A DNA stretch of 64,000 nt from an uncultured Gemmatimonadales bacterium (GCA_963708135.1 OY970192.1:320001-384000), one strand, 5' to 3'. Positions 1-9,604 are shown, counted from the stretch's first letter. Notes: generated from the sequence alone by a model not told the origin. Numbers and translations: made by a program.

Positions 1-420
1 GAGGGCGGCGGCCGGCGCGCGCAGCCGGCCGCGCCGACGCGCGCCGGCGCCGCGGCTCTCCTGGAGACCTGGGGGTCGAGGGGTCATCGAACAGCTTCTC
101 GATCAGTGGATTCGCGGCCGTGCGGCGGCCGCGAGGTCGTGCCGATTCTAGGGAAAGGCGACGGTGCGCGGAAGGGGCCGCGGCGATGTGATGCACCTTG
201 GGCGGTCCGGCGCCGCGCGCCGTCGGGCGCGGCCGTACGGAACCGGGACGCGCGTTCCCGCAACCGGACGGCGTGGTGGCGCGGCGCCACCGCCGCGGAT
301 CCGCCAACCTCTTGTCGCATGGTGCGATGCGCGCGCGGCGCCGCGCGGCACCGGCTCTTGCACGGCCGTGCCGGCGCCCGGCCGCGGGGTCGGGGTCTTC
401 TCGATCGGCGACGGTGCCCC

Positions 421-2838
421 ATGCTTTCGATGCTCGCCTCCCTCCGCCACGCGCTGCGCGGACTCCGCAGGACCCCCTCCTTCTCCATCCCCGCCATTCT
501 CGTGCTCGCCGTCGGCATCGGCGCGAGCGTGGCGGTCTACGGCGTGGTGGATGCGATCCTGTTCCGGCCGCTCGACATCCCTGACGCGGATCGCGTGGCC
601 ACGATCTGCGAGACCAACCCGGCGGCTGGCGACTACTGCTCGGTGTCCACCCCGGACCTCGTGGACTGGGCCCGCGCCGGCGGCGTGTTCGACGCGATCG
701 GCGCCGCGCGCACGGAGTCGATGGCGCTGCGTACCGCGCGCGGGGCGGCGGGCGTGAACGTCGGGATCGCGATGCCTGGCTTCCTCCGCGCCGTGGGCGC
801 ATCGGTGGCGCGCGGGCGGATGCTCGTGGACGCGGACGGCCCACCGGCCGGGGACGGCAGGACGGTCGTGGTGAGCGATGAGTTCTGGCGCTCCGAGCTG
901 GGCGGCGCGCCGGACGTGCTCGGCCGGACGATCGTGCTGGACGGGAAGCGCTACGCGGTGGTCGGCGTGCTCCGCCCCGGCACGGCGATTCCGCGCCTCG
1001 GCGGCGTGCGCGTCTGGATGCCGCTGCCATGGGACCCGGCCACCCCCGCGAACCGCGACTGGCGCGGCTTCGTGGCCGCCGCCCACCTCGCGCCGGGTGT
1101 GAGCATGGCGCGCGCGCAGGCCCGCCTCCGCGCGACCCAGGTCGCGCTGGCCGCCGCCTACCCGGACGCCGTGCGCGGCTGGGGGGTGGACGTGCACGGG
1201 ATGCGCGAGCTCATCGTGCGCGGCGCGCGCCCGCTGCTGCTCGCGTTCCTCGCCGCCGTCGCGCTCGTCCTGCTGCTCGTGTGCGCCAACGTGGCGGGGC
1301 TCCTGCTCGCGCGCGCCACCGCCCGGGAGAGGGAGATGGCGGTGCGCTTCGCCCTGGGTGCCGGGCGCGGGCGGCTCGTCGGGCAGCTGCTCGTCGAGAG
1401 CGTGGTCCTGTCGGTGCTGGGCGGGGCGCTCGGCGCGCTCCTGGCCGGCTGGGGCGTGGACGCGTTCCGCGCGCTCGCGCCCGCCGACATCCCGCGCCTG
1501 GACGAGGTCGCGGTGGACGGACGGCTGCTCCTCGCGGCCGCTGCCCTTTCCCTCGGGGCCGGCGTGCTCGTCGGACTCCTGCCGGCCCTCTCGCTCGGCA
1601 CGCCCCGCACCGCCCAGGTGTTCCGCGCCGGGCGCGGCTCATCGGCGGACCGGCGCACGCGCGCCGCGCGCCGGGCCCTCGTGGCCGGCCAGCTCGCGCT
1701 CGCGCTCGTGCTCGTCACCAGCGCCGGCCTGCTGCTGCGCAGCTTCTCCAACATGCTCGACTGGCGGCCCGGCTTCGACACGGACCATCTGCTCACCTTC
1801 TGGACCGTGGCCTCGCCCGGGAAGTACCCGCAGCCGGCGCAGGCGCTCGGCTTCTACGACCGCGTGGGCGCCGCGCTGCGCGCGCAGCCTGCGGTGCGCT
1901 CGGTCGGCACGGTGTCCGCCGGCCCGCTCTTCGGCGGTGGCGACGGCCGCACGCCCATCCTCGTCGCGGGGCGGGGCTGGACGCGGCAGGAGGCGCCGCG
2001 CGTGGCCTGGTACGACGCGGGCCCCGACTACTTCCCCACGCTCGGCCTGCCCCTCCTGCGTGGCCGGCTGTTCGGTCCCGACGACGACGCCGGCTCGCCC
2101 ACCGTCGTCGTGATCAACCACGCCATGGCCGAGCGCTACTGGCCGGGGCGGGACCCGATCGGCGCGACGCTCTCGCTGCCCGAGCTCGACAGCGTGCCCA
2201 CGGTCCGCGTCGTCGGCGTCGTGGGAGACGTGAAGCCGTTCCTGCCCGACGCGCCGACGGAGCCCGAGCTGTACTTCTCGAATCGCCAGCGCACCCGCTT
2301 TGCGACGTACTTCGTGGTCCGGACCGACGGCGACCCCGCCGCCCTCGCTCCCGCCGTGCGCGCCGCGCTCGCCGGCGTCGATCCCGACGCCGAGGCCTCG
2401 CACCTCGGCACCATGCGGAGCCACATCGGCGGCCAGCTCGTGCGCCCGCGCTTCGAGATGCTCCTCGCCGCCGTCTTCGCCGCCATCGCGCTGCTCCTCG
2501 GCATCATCGGCGTGTACGGCGTGATCGCCTACACCATCGAGGCCCGCGCCAGCGAGATCGGCGTCCGCCTCGCCCTCGGCGCCACTCCCGCCGGCGTGAT
2601 CCTCTGGGTCCTCGGCGATGCGGGGCGCATGATCGCCGCCGGCTGCCTCGCGGGCCTCGGCGGCGCGCTCCTCTTCGGCCGCCTGCTCGCCGGCATGATC
2701 CACGGCGTCTCGGGCCACGACCCCGCCGTGCTCCTCGGCGCCGCGGGCCTCCTCACGCTCGGCGCCCTCGCCGCCGCGCTCCGCCCCGCGCTGCGGGCGG
2801 GCCGCCTGGACCCTATGGTGACGCTCCGGAACGAGTAG
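421..2838 (+). CDS. ADOP-family (duplicated MacB/FtsX) ABC transporter permease
   Basis: LRHALRGLRRTPSFS..LAVGIGAS N-terminus; LLLVCANVAGLLLARATAREREMAVRFALGA and EIGVRLALGA repeats; ends DPMVTLRNE. Start moved to ATG 421. Confidence 0.9.
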   Translation: MLSMLASLRHALRGLRRTPSFSIPAILVLAVGIGASVAVYGVVDAILFRPLDIPDADRVATICETNPAAGDYCSVSTPDLVDWARAGGVFDAIGAARTESMALRTARGAAGVNVGIAMPGFLRAVGASVARGRMLVDADGPPAGDGRTVVVSDEFWRSELGGAPDVLGRTIVLDGKRYAVVGVLRPGTAIPRLGGVRVWMPLPWDPATPANRDWRGFVAAAHLAPGVSMARAQARLRATQVALAAAYPDAVRGWGVDVHGMRELIVRGARPLLLAFLAAVALVLLLVCANVAGLLLARATAREREMAVRFALGAGRGRLVGQLLVESVVLSVLGGALGALLAGWGVDAFRALAPADIPRLDEVAVDGRLLLAAAALSLGAGVLVGLLPALSLGTPRTAQVFRAGRGSSADRRTRAARRALVAGQLALALVLVTSAGLLLRSFSNMLDWRPGFDTDHLLTFWTVASPGKYPQPAQALGFYDRVGAALRAQPAVRSVGTVSAGPLFGGGDGRTPILVAGRGWTRQEAPRVAWYDAGPDYFPTLGLPLLRGRLFGPDDDAGSPTVVVINHAMAERYWPGRDPIGATLSLPELDSVPTVRVVGVVGDVKPFLPDAPTEPELYFSNRQRTRFATYFVVRTDGDPAALAPAVRAALAGVDPDAEASHLGTMRSHIGGQLVRPRFEMLLAAVFAAIALLLGIIGVYGVIAYTIEARASEIGVRLALGATPAGVILWVLGDAGRMIAAGCLAGLGGALLFGRLLAGMIHGVSGHDPAVLLGAAGLLTLGALAAALRPALRAGRLDPMVTLRNE

Positions 2839-2857
2839 GGATTGACCACCGCTCCGC

Positions 2858-3078
2858 CTACGGCGAGTCCAGCAGCTTCAGCGCCTCCTTGTAGCGCCGC
2901 AGCCGCTCGACGCCTTGTCGGTGATGGTCTCGATCCGCGTGACGTCGAGGTTGTCCAGGAGGTCCGCCCGCTTCACCCTCCGCGCGATCGGGTGCGCCGC
3001 CGCGCGCTGCACGAAGGCCATGTACTCCTCCCCGTGCTCGCGGCGCCACGTCAGCGCCTCGACGGCGGAGATGGCCAT
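2858..3078 (-). pseudogene. C-terminal fragment of an HD-domain (RelA/SpoT hydrolase-like) protein, frameshifted
   Basis: VEALT..GEEYMAFVQRAAAHPIARRVKRADLLDNLDVTR continues in another frame as VERLRRYKEALKLL after a 1-nt loss near 2913. The N-terminal HD half is absent. Confidence 0.7.
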
Positions 3079-3173
3079 TCGCGGCCAGCGGGGTTGCGGC
3101 GAGGCAGACGGCGGCGAGGATCGAGAGGACGCATCGTCGCACGGCGGTCACCCGGATCGAGGTCTCGCGGCCG

Positions 3174-3857
3174 TCACGCGATCCGCGCCTCCAGCGCGGC
3201 GGCGAGCTCGCGGGGGCGGCAGAACTGCGGGCAATGCCCGCCGGGGATCTCTTCCGGTTCGACCTGGAGGCGCTCGCGGCTCACGCGCCGCATCCACTCC
3301 GGCGAGATCGTCCGGTCCTCGCGGCAAACCAGGAAGCGCACCGGCACGGTCGGCCAGGCATCCAGCGGGCAGATCTCGTCGAGCACGCCTGTGGCGAGGT
3401 GGACGCGGATGCGGTCGAGCGCCCACGCGGCCGAATCCGCGTTGCAGTCGTGCAGCAGGAACTCTCGTGCGACGGCCTCCTCCCTCGGATCGCGACCGAG
3501 CCAGCCTGGAGCGAACATGGACGGGTCCCTCCGTGCCTGCTGCCGCAGGCTGGCGCCGATCTCGGGGACGACCGCCGCCAGGAAGGTGAGCCGCTTCGGC
3601 GGGCGCTCCCGAGCGGCGAGGGGGACGTACAGCCCGGCCGAGGAGTGGCCCACGAGCTCCACGATGCCCCGGTCGTGCCCGCTCCGGTCGATCGCCTCGA
3701 CAATGGCGCCGGCGTAGTAGGCCGACCCCGCCTCCGGCCGATCGTTCGGGAGCTCCGGGCAGAAGACCTCGTGCCCGCGTTTCTCCAGCGCCTCCTTCAC
3801 CAGAGCCCAGCCGTCGGCTCCGTGCACGCTTCCGTGGACCAGGCAGAATACGCTCAT
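3174..3857 (-). CDS. alpha/beta hydrolase
   Basis: LVHGSVHG, nucleophile motif GHSSAG, C-terminal GGHCP. Confidence 0.85.
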   Translation of the reverse strand: MSVFCLVHGSVHGADGWALVKEALEKRGHEVFCPELPNDRPEAGSAYYAGAIVEAIDRSGHDRGIVELVGHSSAGLYVPLAARERPPKRLTFLAAVVPEIGASLRQQARRDPSMFAPGWLGRDPREEAVAREFLLHDCNADSAAWALDRIRVHLATGVLDEICPLDAWPTVPVRFLVCREDRTISPEWMRRVSRERLQVEPEEIPGGHCPQFCRPRELAAALEARIA

Positions 3858-4381
3858 CCCGGCTCGGCTGCTTCGTCCCGAGTCCCGGGACGGCTCACGC
3901 GTCCGCTCTCGAGCAGCCGGGCCAGCTTGTCGAGCGACTGGCGGGTTCCCGCCTCGTTGTCCTCGGGCCTGATCCCGGGCGGGATATCGGCGAACTCGAT
4001 CGTGACGCGCGTCCCGCCACTCTCCTCCTCGAGCGTGACGTCCATCAGCATCTCGCCGGAGAAGGCCGGGTCGTCCGATTCGAACGTGACCGCCTGCAGG
4101 ATCCGGCGCGGCGGCGAGAGATCCACGAAGCGCGCGAAGAATCGATCTTCCCGGGCCGCCGTCTTCCCCGGATTGCCCGCCGCGTGCGCCGGGTAGAACA
4201 GCGACATCCGATACCCGCCGCCCACGCGTCGCTCGAGCTCGTGGACCTGCCCGGTCATGCCGTCCGGCGCGAGCCAGGCGGCAAGAGCGTCGGCGTCCAG
4301 GAAGGCGTCGTAGACGAGCTGTCGGGGCGCGCGGATCAGGCGGGAGTTGCGCGAGGACCGGTTCGAGGCTGGCGCGGGCAA
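3854..4381 (-). CDS. SRPBCC/AHSA1-domain protein
   Basis: RLIRAPRQLVYDAFLD..WLAP..VGGGYRMSL..SLDKLARLLE; 4-nt overlap with the next gene. Confidence 0.85.
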   Translation of the reverse strand: MPAPASNRSSRNSRLIRAPRQLVYDAFLDADALAAWLAPDGMTGQVHELERRVGGGYRMSLFYPAHAAGNPGKTAAREDRFFARFVDLSPPRRILQAVTFESDDPAFSGEMLMDVTLEEESGGTRVTIEFADIPPGIRPEDNEAGTRQSLDKLARLLESGRVSRPGTRDEAAEPG

Positions 4382-4564
4382 GGATCCCTCCGTCTCGAGG
4401 TTGCGGCCGGAGCCTGGGAGCCTGGCTGGCTCAGGCCCAACCTAGCGCCCGTCCGTGCGGCGGGGAATCCGCGCCGGAGCCCCCGCACCGGGCGCCGAGG
4501 AGCCCGTGGCGGGCGCACCCGCGGGGCGCTCGCCGGGGTCGCGACCGTCCTCGTGCGTCACGCT

Positions 4565-5422
4565 TCACGGCCCGCGCCGGCCCCACCGCCGCGACGGCTC
4601 CAGCCCGCTCCGCACCGCCTGCAGCGTCCCCTCGAGCAGCTGCCCCTCGAAGCAGCCGAGGGTGTACGGGTACTCCCGCGTCATCCGGTAGGCGTAGTGG
4701 TAGGTTCAGACGTTGTGGTAGTGGTACTGCGAGTTGGCCTGCGGATGCCCGTCGCACGCGTCCTGGATCTCGTGCGCCGCGGCGTCGCGCCCCGCGTTGT
4801 CCAGCGCGCTGTACAGCGCCACGCCCGACACCGTGAAGCCGATCATCCCCATCGGCAGGCACGCCGGCTCCGCCGCGACGATGGGCTTCGCCGGGATCTC
4901 GAAGCGCAGCTCCTGCGCGCCGACGTGGTTCGGATTGGTGTCGTAGCGGTATACGGAATCGGTCCGGGCGATGGGGAAGACCCCCGTCGGCTCGCGCACG
5001 GGCAGCCCGTTTCCGCTGAAGGCCAGGTCGCCGCCGTCCGGCGCCAGCGTGAACGCCGCATCCGGCCAGAACACCCGCCCCGAGACGTGCGGCTTCTCCG
5101 CCGGATTCCACGTCGCGCCGTGGAACCAGGGGCCGTCGTGCCGGGCGCCACCCGCGCGGAAGCTCGTGCGGCAGGCGTAGACGCTGCCGGCGGCCGGGTG
5201 GTCGGTCACGTGGCCGTCGCCGAGCGGGAGCGCCTGCGCGCGGGCGCCGGCAGCCAGCAGCAGCAGCGCCGCGAGGGCGGCGGGCACGGCCGTACGCGCC
5301 GCCCCTCGGCCGCCGCGGCCGCCGCAGCAACGCTCTCCCGGCCGGCGCCCGGGCGGGTTAGCTTGCACTGCGCGGGGTCGGGCCGGGGTGCGGGTGTTCC
5401 CACCTTCTCCAGGAGGGATCAT
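4565..5422 (-). pseudogene. YHYH-domain secreted protein with in-frame stop and probable internal deletion
   Basis: GNGLP..G.FP and DACDGHP..QYHYH, then TGA at 4708-4706, then in the same frame TYHYAYRMTREYPYTLGCFEG to TGA 4567-4565. True start uncertain. Confidence 0.7.
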
Positions 5423-6251
5423 GGGTCTACTCTCCGGGTCCGGCCGAAGCCAGCCGGGCCACGCGCAGCTGTCCAGGCTTGCCGCCGCGGTGGAGGCCGG
5501 CGGCCACGGCGTCCCGGGCGATGCCGCTCCCGCCGCCCGCCGTGCCTCGCCGGGCGCCGTCGCGGCGAGGGTGCTGCTTCACGCGGGCTTCCTGCTCATC
5601 GCCATCGGCTGCTTCGCGGCTTACCTGCACTTCCACCTCGAGGGCCGCTCCACCGCGTCGCTCGTGAGCCTTGCGGCCGCCGCCGTGTTCGGCTTCGCGC
5701 CGGTCCGCGACGTTCTTCGCGTCGCCTTCGGGCTCGAGGGGAAGGCGCTGCACCTCGTTCACGCGCTGGGCGGGCTGGGGCTCATCGCGCTGCCGGTGAC
5801 GGGCGCCGTCTCCGGCACCCCGATCCTGAGCCACGCCGCCACGGCGCCCTTCGCCATGATGGGCGCGGCGCAGGCGATGATGCACCAGAACCACCCGCGC
5901 AACGCCGCGCAGGCCGCCGCCCTGCAGCGCTTCGCCGCGAGCATCCCGGAGGTCGCCACCTTCACCTCCTCGAAGGACCTCGCCTCGCCGCAGAACGCGG
6001 CGCGCGCCGTGTCGGCCCTCTCCGACATCCTGTCGAAGGCACAGGCCCTGGGCCAGACGGAGCTCGACTCCGACCCAGGCTTTCAGAACGCGCTGCGGCA
6101 GGTATCCACGCGCGTCGGCGCCGGCCTCGGCCTGGACATGGTCCAGGTCGCGCTCGACCGCATGGCCGCGAACCCCGCCACGGCCGGCGCGGTGCCGGGG
6201 CTGCGCAAGCGGCTGGAGAGCGCGAGAAGGTCGTTCGGCCGCGGCTCGTGA
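5421..6251 (+). CDS. hypothetical membrane protein
   Basis: AGGAGG RBS before ATG 5421; about three hydrophobic segments; GC3-rich codons. Confidence 0.75.
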   Translation: MGLLSGSGRSQPGHAQLSRLAAAVEAGGHGVPGDAAPAARRASPGAVAARVLLHAGFLLIAIGCFAAYLHFHLEGRSTASLVSLAAAAVFGFAPVRDVLRVAFGLEGKALHLVHALGGLGLIALPVTGAVSGTPILSHAATAPFAMMGAAQAMMHQNHPRNAAQAAALQRFAASIPEVATFTSSKDLASPQNAARAVSALSDILSKAQALGQTELDSDPGFQNALRQVSTRVGAGLGLDMVQVALDRMAANPATAGAVPGLRKRLESARRSFGRGS

Positions 6252-6385
6252 GGCAGGGTTCGCTCGCGGACCCGGTCGCTCGCGCTTCCGAGGCGTCTAC
6301 CGCCGCTGGGGGTATCCTCGGAGCGGAGCACGGCACCGGCCGGTTCTGCGCGCGGATCGCCGCCGCCCGTTGACCGGCATTTTTC

Positions 6386-6874
6386 TCACATCCCGAACTG
6401 CCGCAGGTGGTGATCGGCGTGGCGGTACCCCCACCGGCCCCATTCGGCGGCGGCGAGCGGGCCGAACAGCGGGTGGGTGCGGCCGCCCAACGTCGCCTCG
6501 GAGGCGATGAAACGCTCGAGCAGCGAGATGAGCCCGGCCAGGTCGCGCTGGAATTCGACGGGCGGCGTGCCGGCGCGCTCCTGGTCCCATTCCGCGATCG
6601 TCGCCACCCCCCTCGGCCACGGCATGGGCGTGTGGAAGGCGACCCGGCGCAGGAGCATGCGTCCCGCGAGCGTGACCCGCGCTGGGGCCCGCCGCTCGCC
6701 GAGCGCGTCGCGGTAGGCGTCGCTCAGGTGGCAGACCATCTGGTGCGCGCTCATCCGTCCCCAGCGGGCCGGGGCATCGGGCGTGAGGGCGCGCAGGCGG
6801 CCGAGGATCGCGGCGCCGCCGTCCGCGTGGAATAGGCTGTCGGCGGGCGGGCGGTCCGGACCCCCGCCCGTCAC
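6386..6874 (-). CDS. DinB-like DUF1569 protein
   Basis: WGRMSAHQMVCHL..HPLFGPL..EWGRWGYRHADHHLRQFG. Confidence 0.85.
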   Translation of the reverse strand: MTGGGPDRPPADSLFHADGGAAILGRLRALTPDAPARWGRMSAHQMVCHLSDAYRDALGERRAPARVTLAGRMLLRRVAFHTPMPWPRGVATIAEWDQERAGTPPVEFQRDLAGLISLLERFIASEATLGGRTHPLFGPLAAAEWGRWGYRHADHHLRQFGM

Positions 6875-7401
6875 GGCAGCGGGATCGCACGCATAAGCCC
6901 GTCCGCTCCTCGTCCCCGCCGGACCTCGTCGCCTGGCTGAGCCGCGTCCTTCACCACCAGCTCGACCTCGCAGCCCAGCACGTGCAGGAGCGACAGCATC
7001 TGCCCGACCGACTTGCGGTAGTTGGTCTGGTCCAGCAGCCGGTAGAGCTGACTCGCGGACGTCCCGAGCCGACGGCTCATCTCGCGCTTGCTCAGCGCCG
7101 TCGCCTCGGCCCGGCGCTGCGCCTCGAGCGTCAGCTTGTAGAGGAGGAGGTTGCGCAGGTACCCCGGGTCGTCATTGTACTCGAGCACCGCATCGAGGGC
7201 CACGCTGTCCTCCGTCCCGTCGGTCAGCACGTAGGTGAACGCGTCGCCGCCGAGCTCCGCATCGACCCGGGCCCCCTCGATCCGGTTCTCCGGCGTCGGC
7301 TGCAGGCGCAGCCGCGCGTACGGGAAATCCAGCACACCCTCCGAAGTCTCCACCTCGAAGGCGCGGCGGCGGTTGTTCACGGTGACGGCACGGATGCTCA
7401 C
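6871..7401 (-). CDS. antitoxin-like protein with C-terminal HTH
   Basis: VNNRRRAFEV..FPYARL..VDAELGGDAFTY; LSKREMSRRLGTSASQLYRLLDQTNY HTH. Confidence 0.75.
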   Translation of the reverse strand: MSIRAVTVNNRRRAFEVETSEGVLDFPYARLRLQPTPENRIEGARVDAELGGDAFTYVLTDGTEDSVALDAVLEYNDDPGYLRNLLLYKLTLEAQRRAEATALSKREMSRRLGTSASQLYRLLDQTNYRKSVGQMLSLLHVLGCEVELVVKDAAQPGDEVRRGRGADGLMRAIPLP

Positions 7402-7455
7402 GGTCGCCCTTCCAGCTCACGAAGACGGAGTCGCCCCGGGCGGATCTCGCCCGCG
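7402..7455 (-). pseudogene. N-terminal remnant of a small toxin-like partner gene
   Basis: Decayed GEIR-RGDSVFVSWKGD, resembling the G.IRRGGYVFV.WKGDH start of small genes found upstream of such HTH proteins; abuts the GTG of the HTH gene. Confidence 0.45.
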
Positions 7456-7457
7456 AA

Positions 7458-7486
7458 ACGTTACCTCTCGTGGTAACGGTCGTCAA
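7458..7486 (-). promoter_or_regulatory. sigma70-type promoter with overlapping palindromic operator
   Basis: TTGACG-17nt-TAACGT on the minus strand; inverted repeat CGTTACC-6nt-GGTAACG at 7459-7478. Confidence 0.6.
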
Positions 7487-7554
7487 CGGGTCGCGACGCC
7501 CCTCACGCTTGCCGAAACCGATCGCCGCGGCGCCAACCCTGGACGTCGGCAGCG

Positions 7555-7995
7555 CTACAGCTCCTTCCGGAAGCACCGCACGATCCCCGCGTCCTCGAAC
7601 CCGCAGGCCAGGTGCGCGTCGATGCTGGCTCCGTTGTCGAGCGCCGTGTCCGAGGCGAATTCCGCGCAGCCGGAGCTTCGTGCCCAGTCCTCCGACGCCG
7701 CCAGCATGGCTCTTCCGATCCCCTCGCCGCGCCGCTCCTCGCGGACGAACCAGCCCTCCAGGTACGCCACCCGGTCCGTGGCGCACCCTTCGGCGCAGGG
7801 CCGGATGGACAGCTCCGCGAAGCCGACGAGCGTCCCACCCTCCGCCGCGACCATCACCGCCCGCGGCTCCGCGGCATGGCCCGCCAGGAACCGGTCGATC
7901 TCGGGCCCGTGGTTCTCCGCACCCTCGGGCCAGAGCAGCATCCGCATCTCCAGCCACTGGTCCCGGTCCGCGGGTTGCGCAGGTCGCACCCTCAT
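7555..7995 (-). CDS. GNAT acetyltransferase, AAC(6')-I-like
   Basis: GFAELSIRPCAEGC.TDRVAYLEGWFV..GIGRAML..GCAEFASDTALDN..AHLACGF..CFRKEL. Confidence 0.85.
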   Translation of the reverse strand: MRVRPAQPADRDQWLEMRMLLWPEGAENHGPEIDRFLAGHAAEPRAVMVAAEGGTLVGFAELSIRPCAEGCATDRVAYLEGWFVREERRGEGIGRAMLAASEDWARSSGCAEFASDTALDNGASIDAHLACGFEDAGIVRCFRKEL

Positions 7996-8035
7996 CGCCT
8001 CCACCCGTGCGCGCGCGTGCGCCGCCGCCCGTTCT

Positions 8036-8605
8036 TCATCGGCGAGGCTCGCTGTCCCCCAGCCGCGCCGCGTGCGCCGCGGGCTTCTCCGCGTCCGGCC
8101 GCCGGTTGTATTCCGCGGATCTTCCCGGCGGGATGCTGAGCCAGCTCCACTCGCCGCCGCGCAGCATCTTGCTCACGTACACGATCTGCCCGACGTGGTA
8201 GGCGGTGTGTCCGAGCGAGCGGTGCAGCGCCTCGTACACCTTCAGCGACACGCCGCGGATCGTGATGGAGCGCTCGAGGTCGTCGTCCGAAAGCGACGCC
8301 AGCGCCTCCAGCAGCACGCCCCAGCCGTCCTCCCACTTCGCGCGCACCTCGCCCGGGCCAACCTCGCGCGCCGCGAACTCCGACTCCCGCTCCCGCCACG
8401 GCTTCTCGCCGTCCGACGTCAGGAAGTCCGTGAAGCGCGACTTCAGGTTCCCGCTCACGTGCCACACGAGCGTGGCGATCGAGTTGTCCGTCGCCGCGCC
8501 CCGGCGGCCGAGATCCTCGGCCCCGAGCTGCCCGAACGCCGCCTCGCCCAGCGCCTTGTAGCGACGGTACTCCGCCTCGATCGATGCGACGATGTCCCGC
8601 TTCAA
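8036..8605 (-). CDS. DUF1572 (DinB-like) protein
   Basis: NSIATLVWHVSGNLKSRFTDFLTSDGEKPWRERESEF..HTAYHVGQIVY. Confidence 0.88.
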   Translation of the reverse strand: MKRDIVASIEAEYRRYKALGEAAFGQLGAEDLGRRGAATDNSIATLVWHVSGNLKSRFTDFLTSDGEKPWRERESEFAAREVGPGEVRAKWEDGWGVLLEALASLSDDDLERSITIRGVSLKVYEALHRSLGHTAYHVGQIVYVSKMLRGGEWSWLSIPPGRSAEYNRRPDAEKPAAHAARLGDSEPRR

Positions 8606-8699
8606 CGTTCACCTCCCGGATAGGTGCGGGCGCCCGGGTCCCGGCGCGCGTCCGACATCGCGTGTGGTCGAGTCGCCATGACGCTCCCGATCGACCCGA

Positions 8700-8812
8700 A
8701 GCGCTACAACGGGTCCAGAGAACCTCCGACTCCGTCAACCCGTACAGGCGGAGGCACCGCGACCCCCAACAGCCCCAACATCAGGTAGATCTGACCGCCG
8801 TGATGGATCTCA
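8700..8812 (-). pseudogene. C-terminal fragment of a DinB-family gene
   Basis: EIHHGGQIYLMLGLLGVAVPP, then frameshift to LYGLTESEV; 5' part missing. Confidence 0.65.
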
Positions 8813-8927
8813 GCCGAACCGCTGCCGAAACCCCACAAGCGGCCGATGTCAGGCCGGCATGCCTCCAACGTCGCGTGGAAATCGGCGAGCGCCCGGGACT
8901 CAGGGCAGTCCAACCCCCTGGGAACCC

Positions 8928-8966
8928 TTGCCTCGGACCCCGGGTAGTTATTACCATCGTGATAAC
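8928..8966 (+). promoter_or_regulatory. putative promoter/operator of the AbrB-Doc module
   Basis: TTGCCT-18nt-TACCAT; imperfect palindrome GTTATTAC-4nt-GTGATAAC at 8947-8966. Confidence 0.5.
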
Positions 8967-8984
8967 AGTCTCGCGAGGACTCCG

Positions 8985-9212
8985 ATGCCCAAGCAGACCA
9001 CCATTCGTGCGATCGGCAACTCGGCCGGTACGACCATTCCGAAGCCCATGCTCGAGCGATATCATCTGGCGGAAGGCGATACCGTCCATTTGGTCGAGAC
9101 CGAGGAGGGCATCCTGATCACTCCCTTTGATCCCAGCTTTGACGAAGCTATGGAGATCTACGCCGACGGTGCCAAGCGGTACCGCAACGCCATGCGTGAA
9201 CTCTCCAGGTGA
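8985..9212 (+). CDS. AbrB/MazE/SpoVT-family antitoxin
   Basis: IRAIGNSAGTTIPKPMLERYHLAEGD..YRNAMRELS; GAGGA RBS. Confidence 0.9.
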   Translation: MPKQTTIRAIGNSAGTTIPKPMLERYHLAEGDTVHLVETEEGILITPFDPSFDEAMEIYADGAKRYRNAMRELSR

Positions 9213-9604
9213 ATGAGCCTCGTTGGCTGACTCCCACCTACGTCCTCGCCATCCACGCGGATCAGATCCAGGCCCACGGAGGCGCTGTCGGACTGCGCGA
9301 CCGTGGGCTCCTCGAATCTGCGCTCCAACGGCCCCGCAACCGACTTCACTACGACCCGGACTCCGACCTTTCGACTCTGGCCGCGGCCTACGGCTTCGGC
9401 ATCGCGCGCGACCATCCCTTCAGCGATGGAAACAAGCGCGTGTCCTTTCAGGCCATGTATCTCTTCCTGGGCCTGAACGGCTTCCGCATCGACGTTGCCG
9501 AGGAAGAAGTCGTCACCACCATGCTCGCTCTGGCAAGTGGTGATCTCGATGAGCCGTCTCTGGCTGCTTGGCTCCGCGATCATATCACCCCACGTTCGCC
9601 CTGA
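9209..9604 (+). CDS. doc: death-on-curing (Doc/Fic) toxin
   Basis: GLRDRGLLESALQRP, Fic motif HPFSDGNKR; GTGA overlap with the antitoxin. Confidence 0.92.
   Translation: MNEPRWLTPTYVLAIHADQIQAHGGAVGLRDRGLLESALQRPRNRLHYDPDSDLSTLAAAYGFGIARDHPFSDGNKRVSFQAMYLFLGLNGFRIDVAEEEVVTTMLALASGDLDEPSLAAWLRDHITPRSP

Noticed and set aside
4706..4708. TGA as a selenocysteine codon
   Set aside because: The position is not an expected Cys and a conserved block is missing, so deletion is the simpler explanation.
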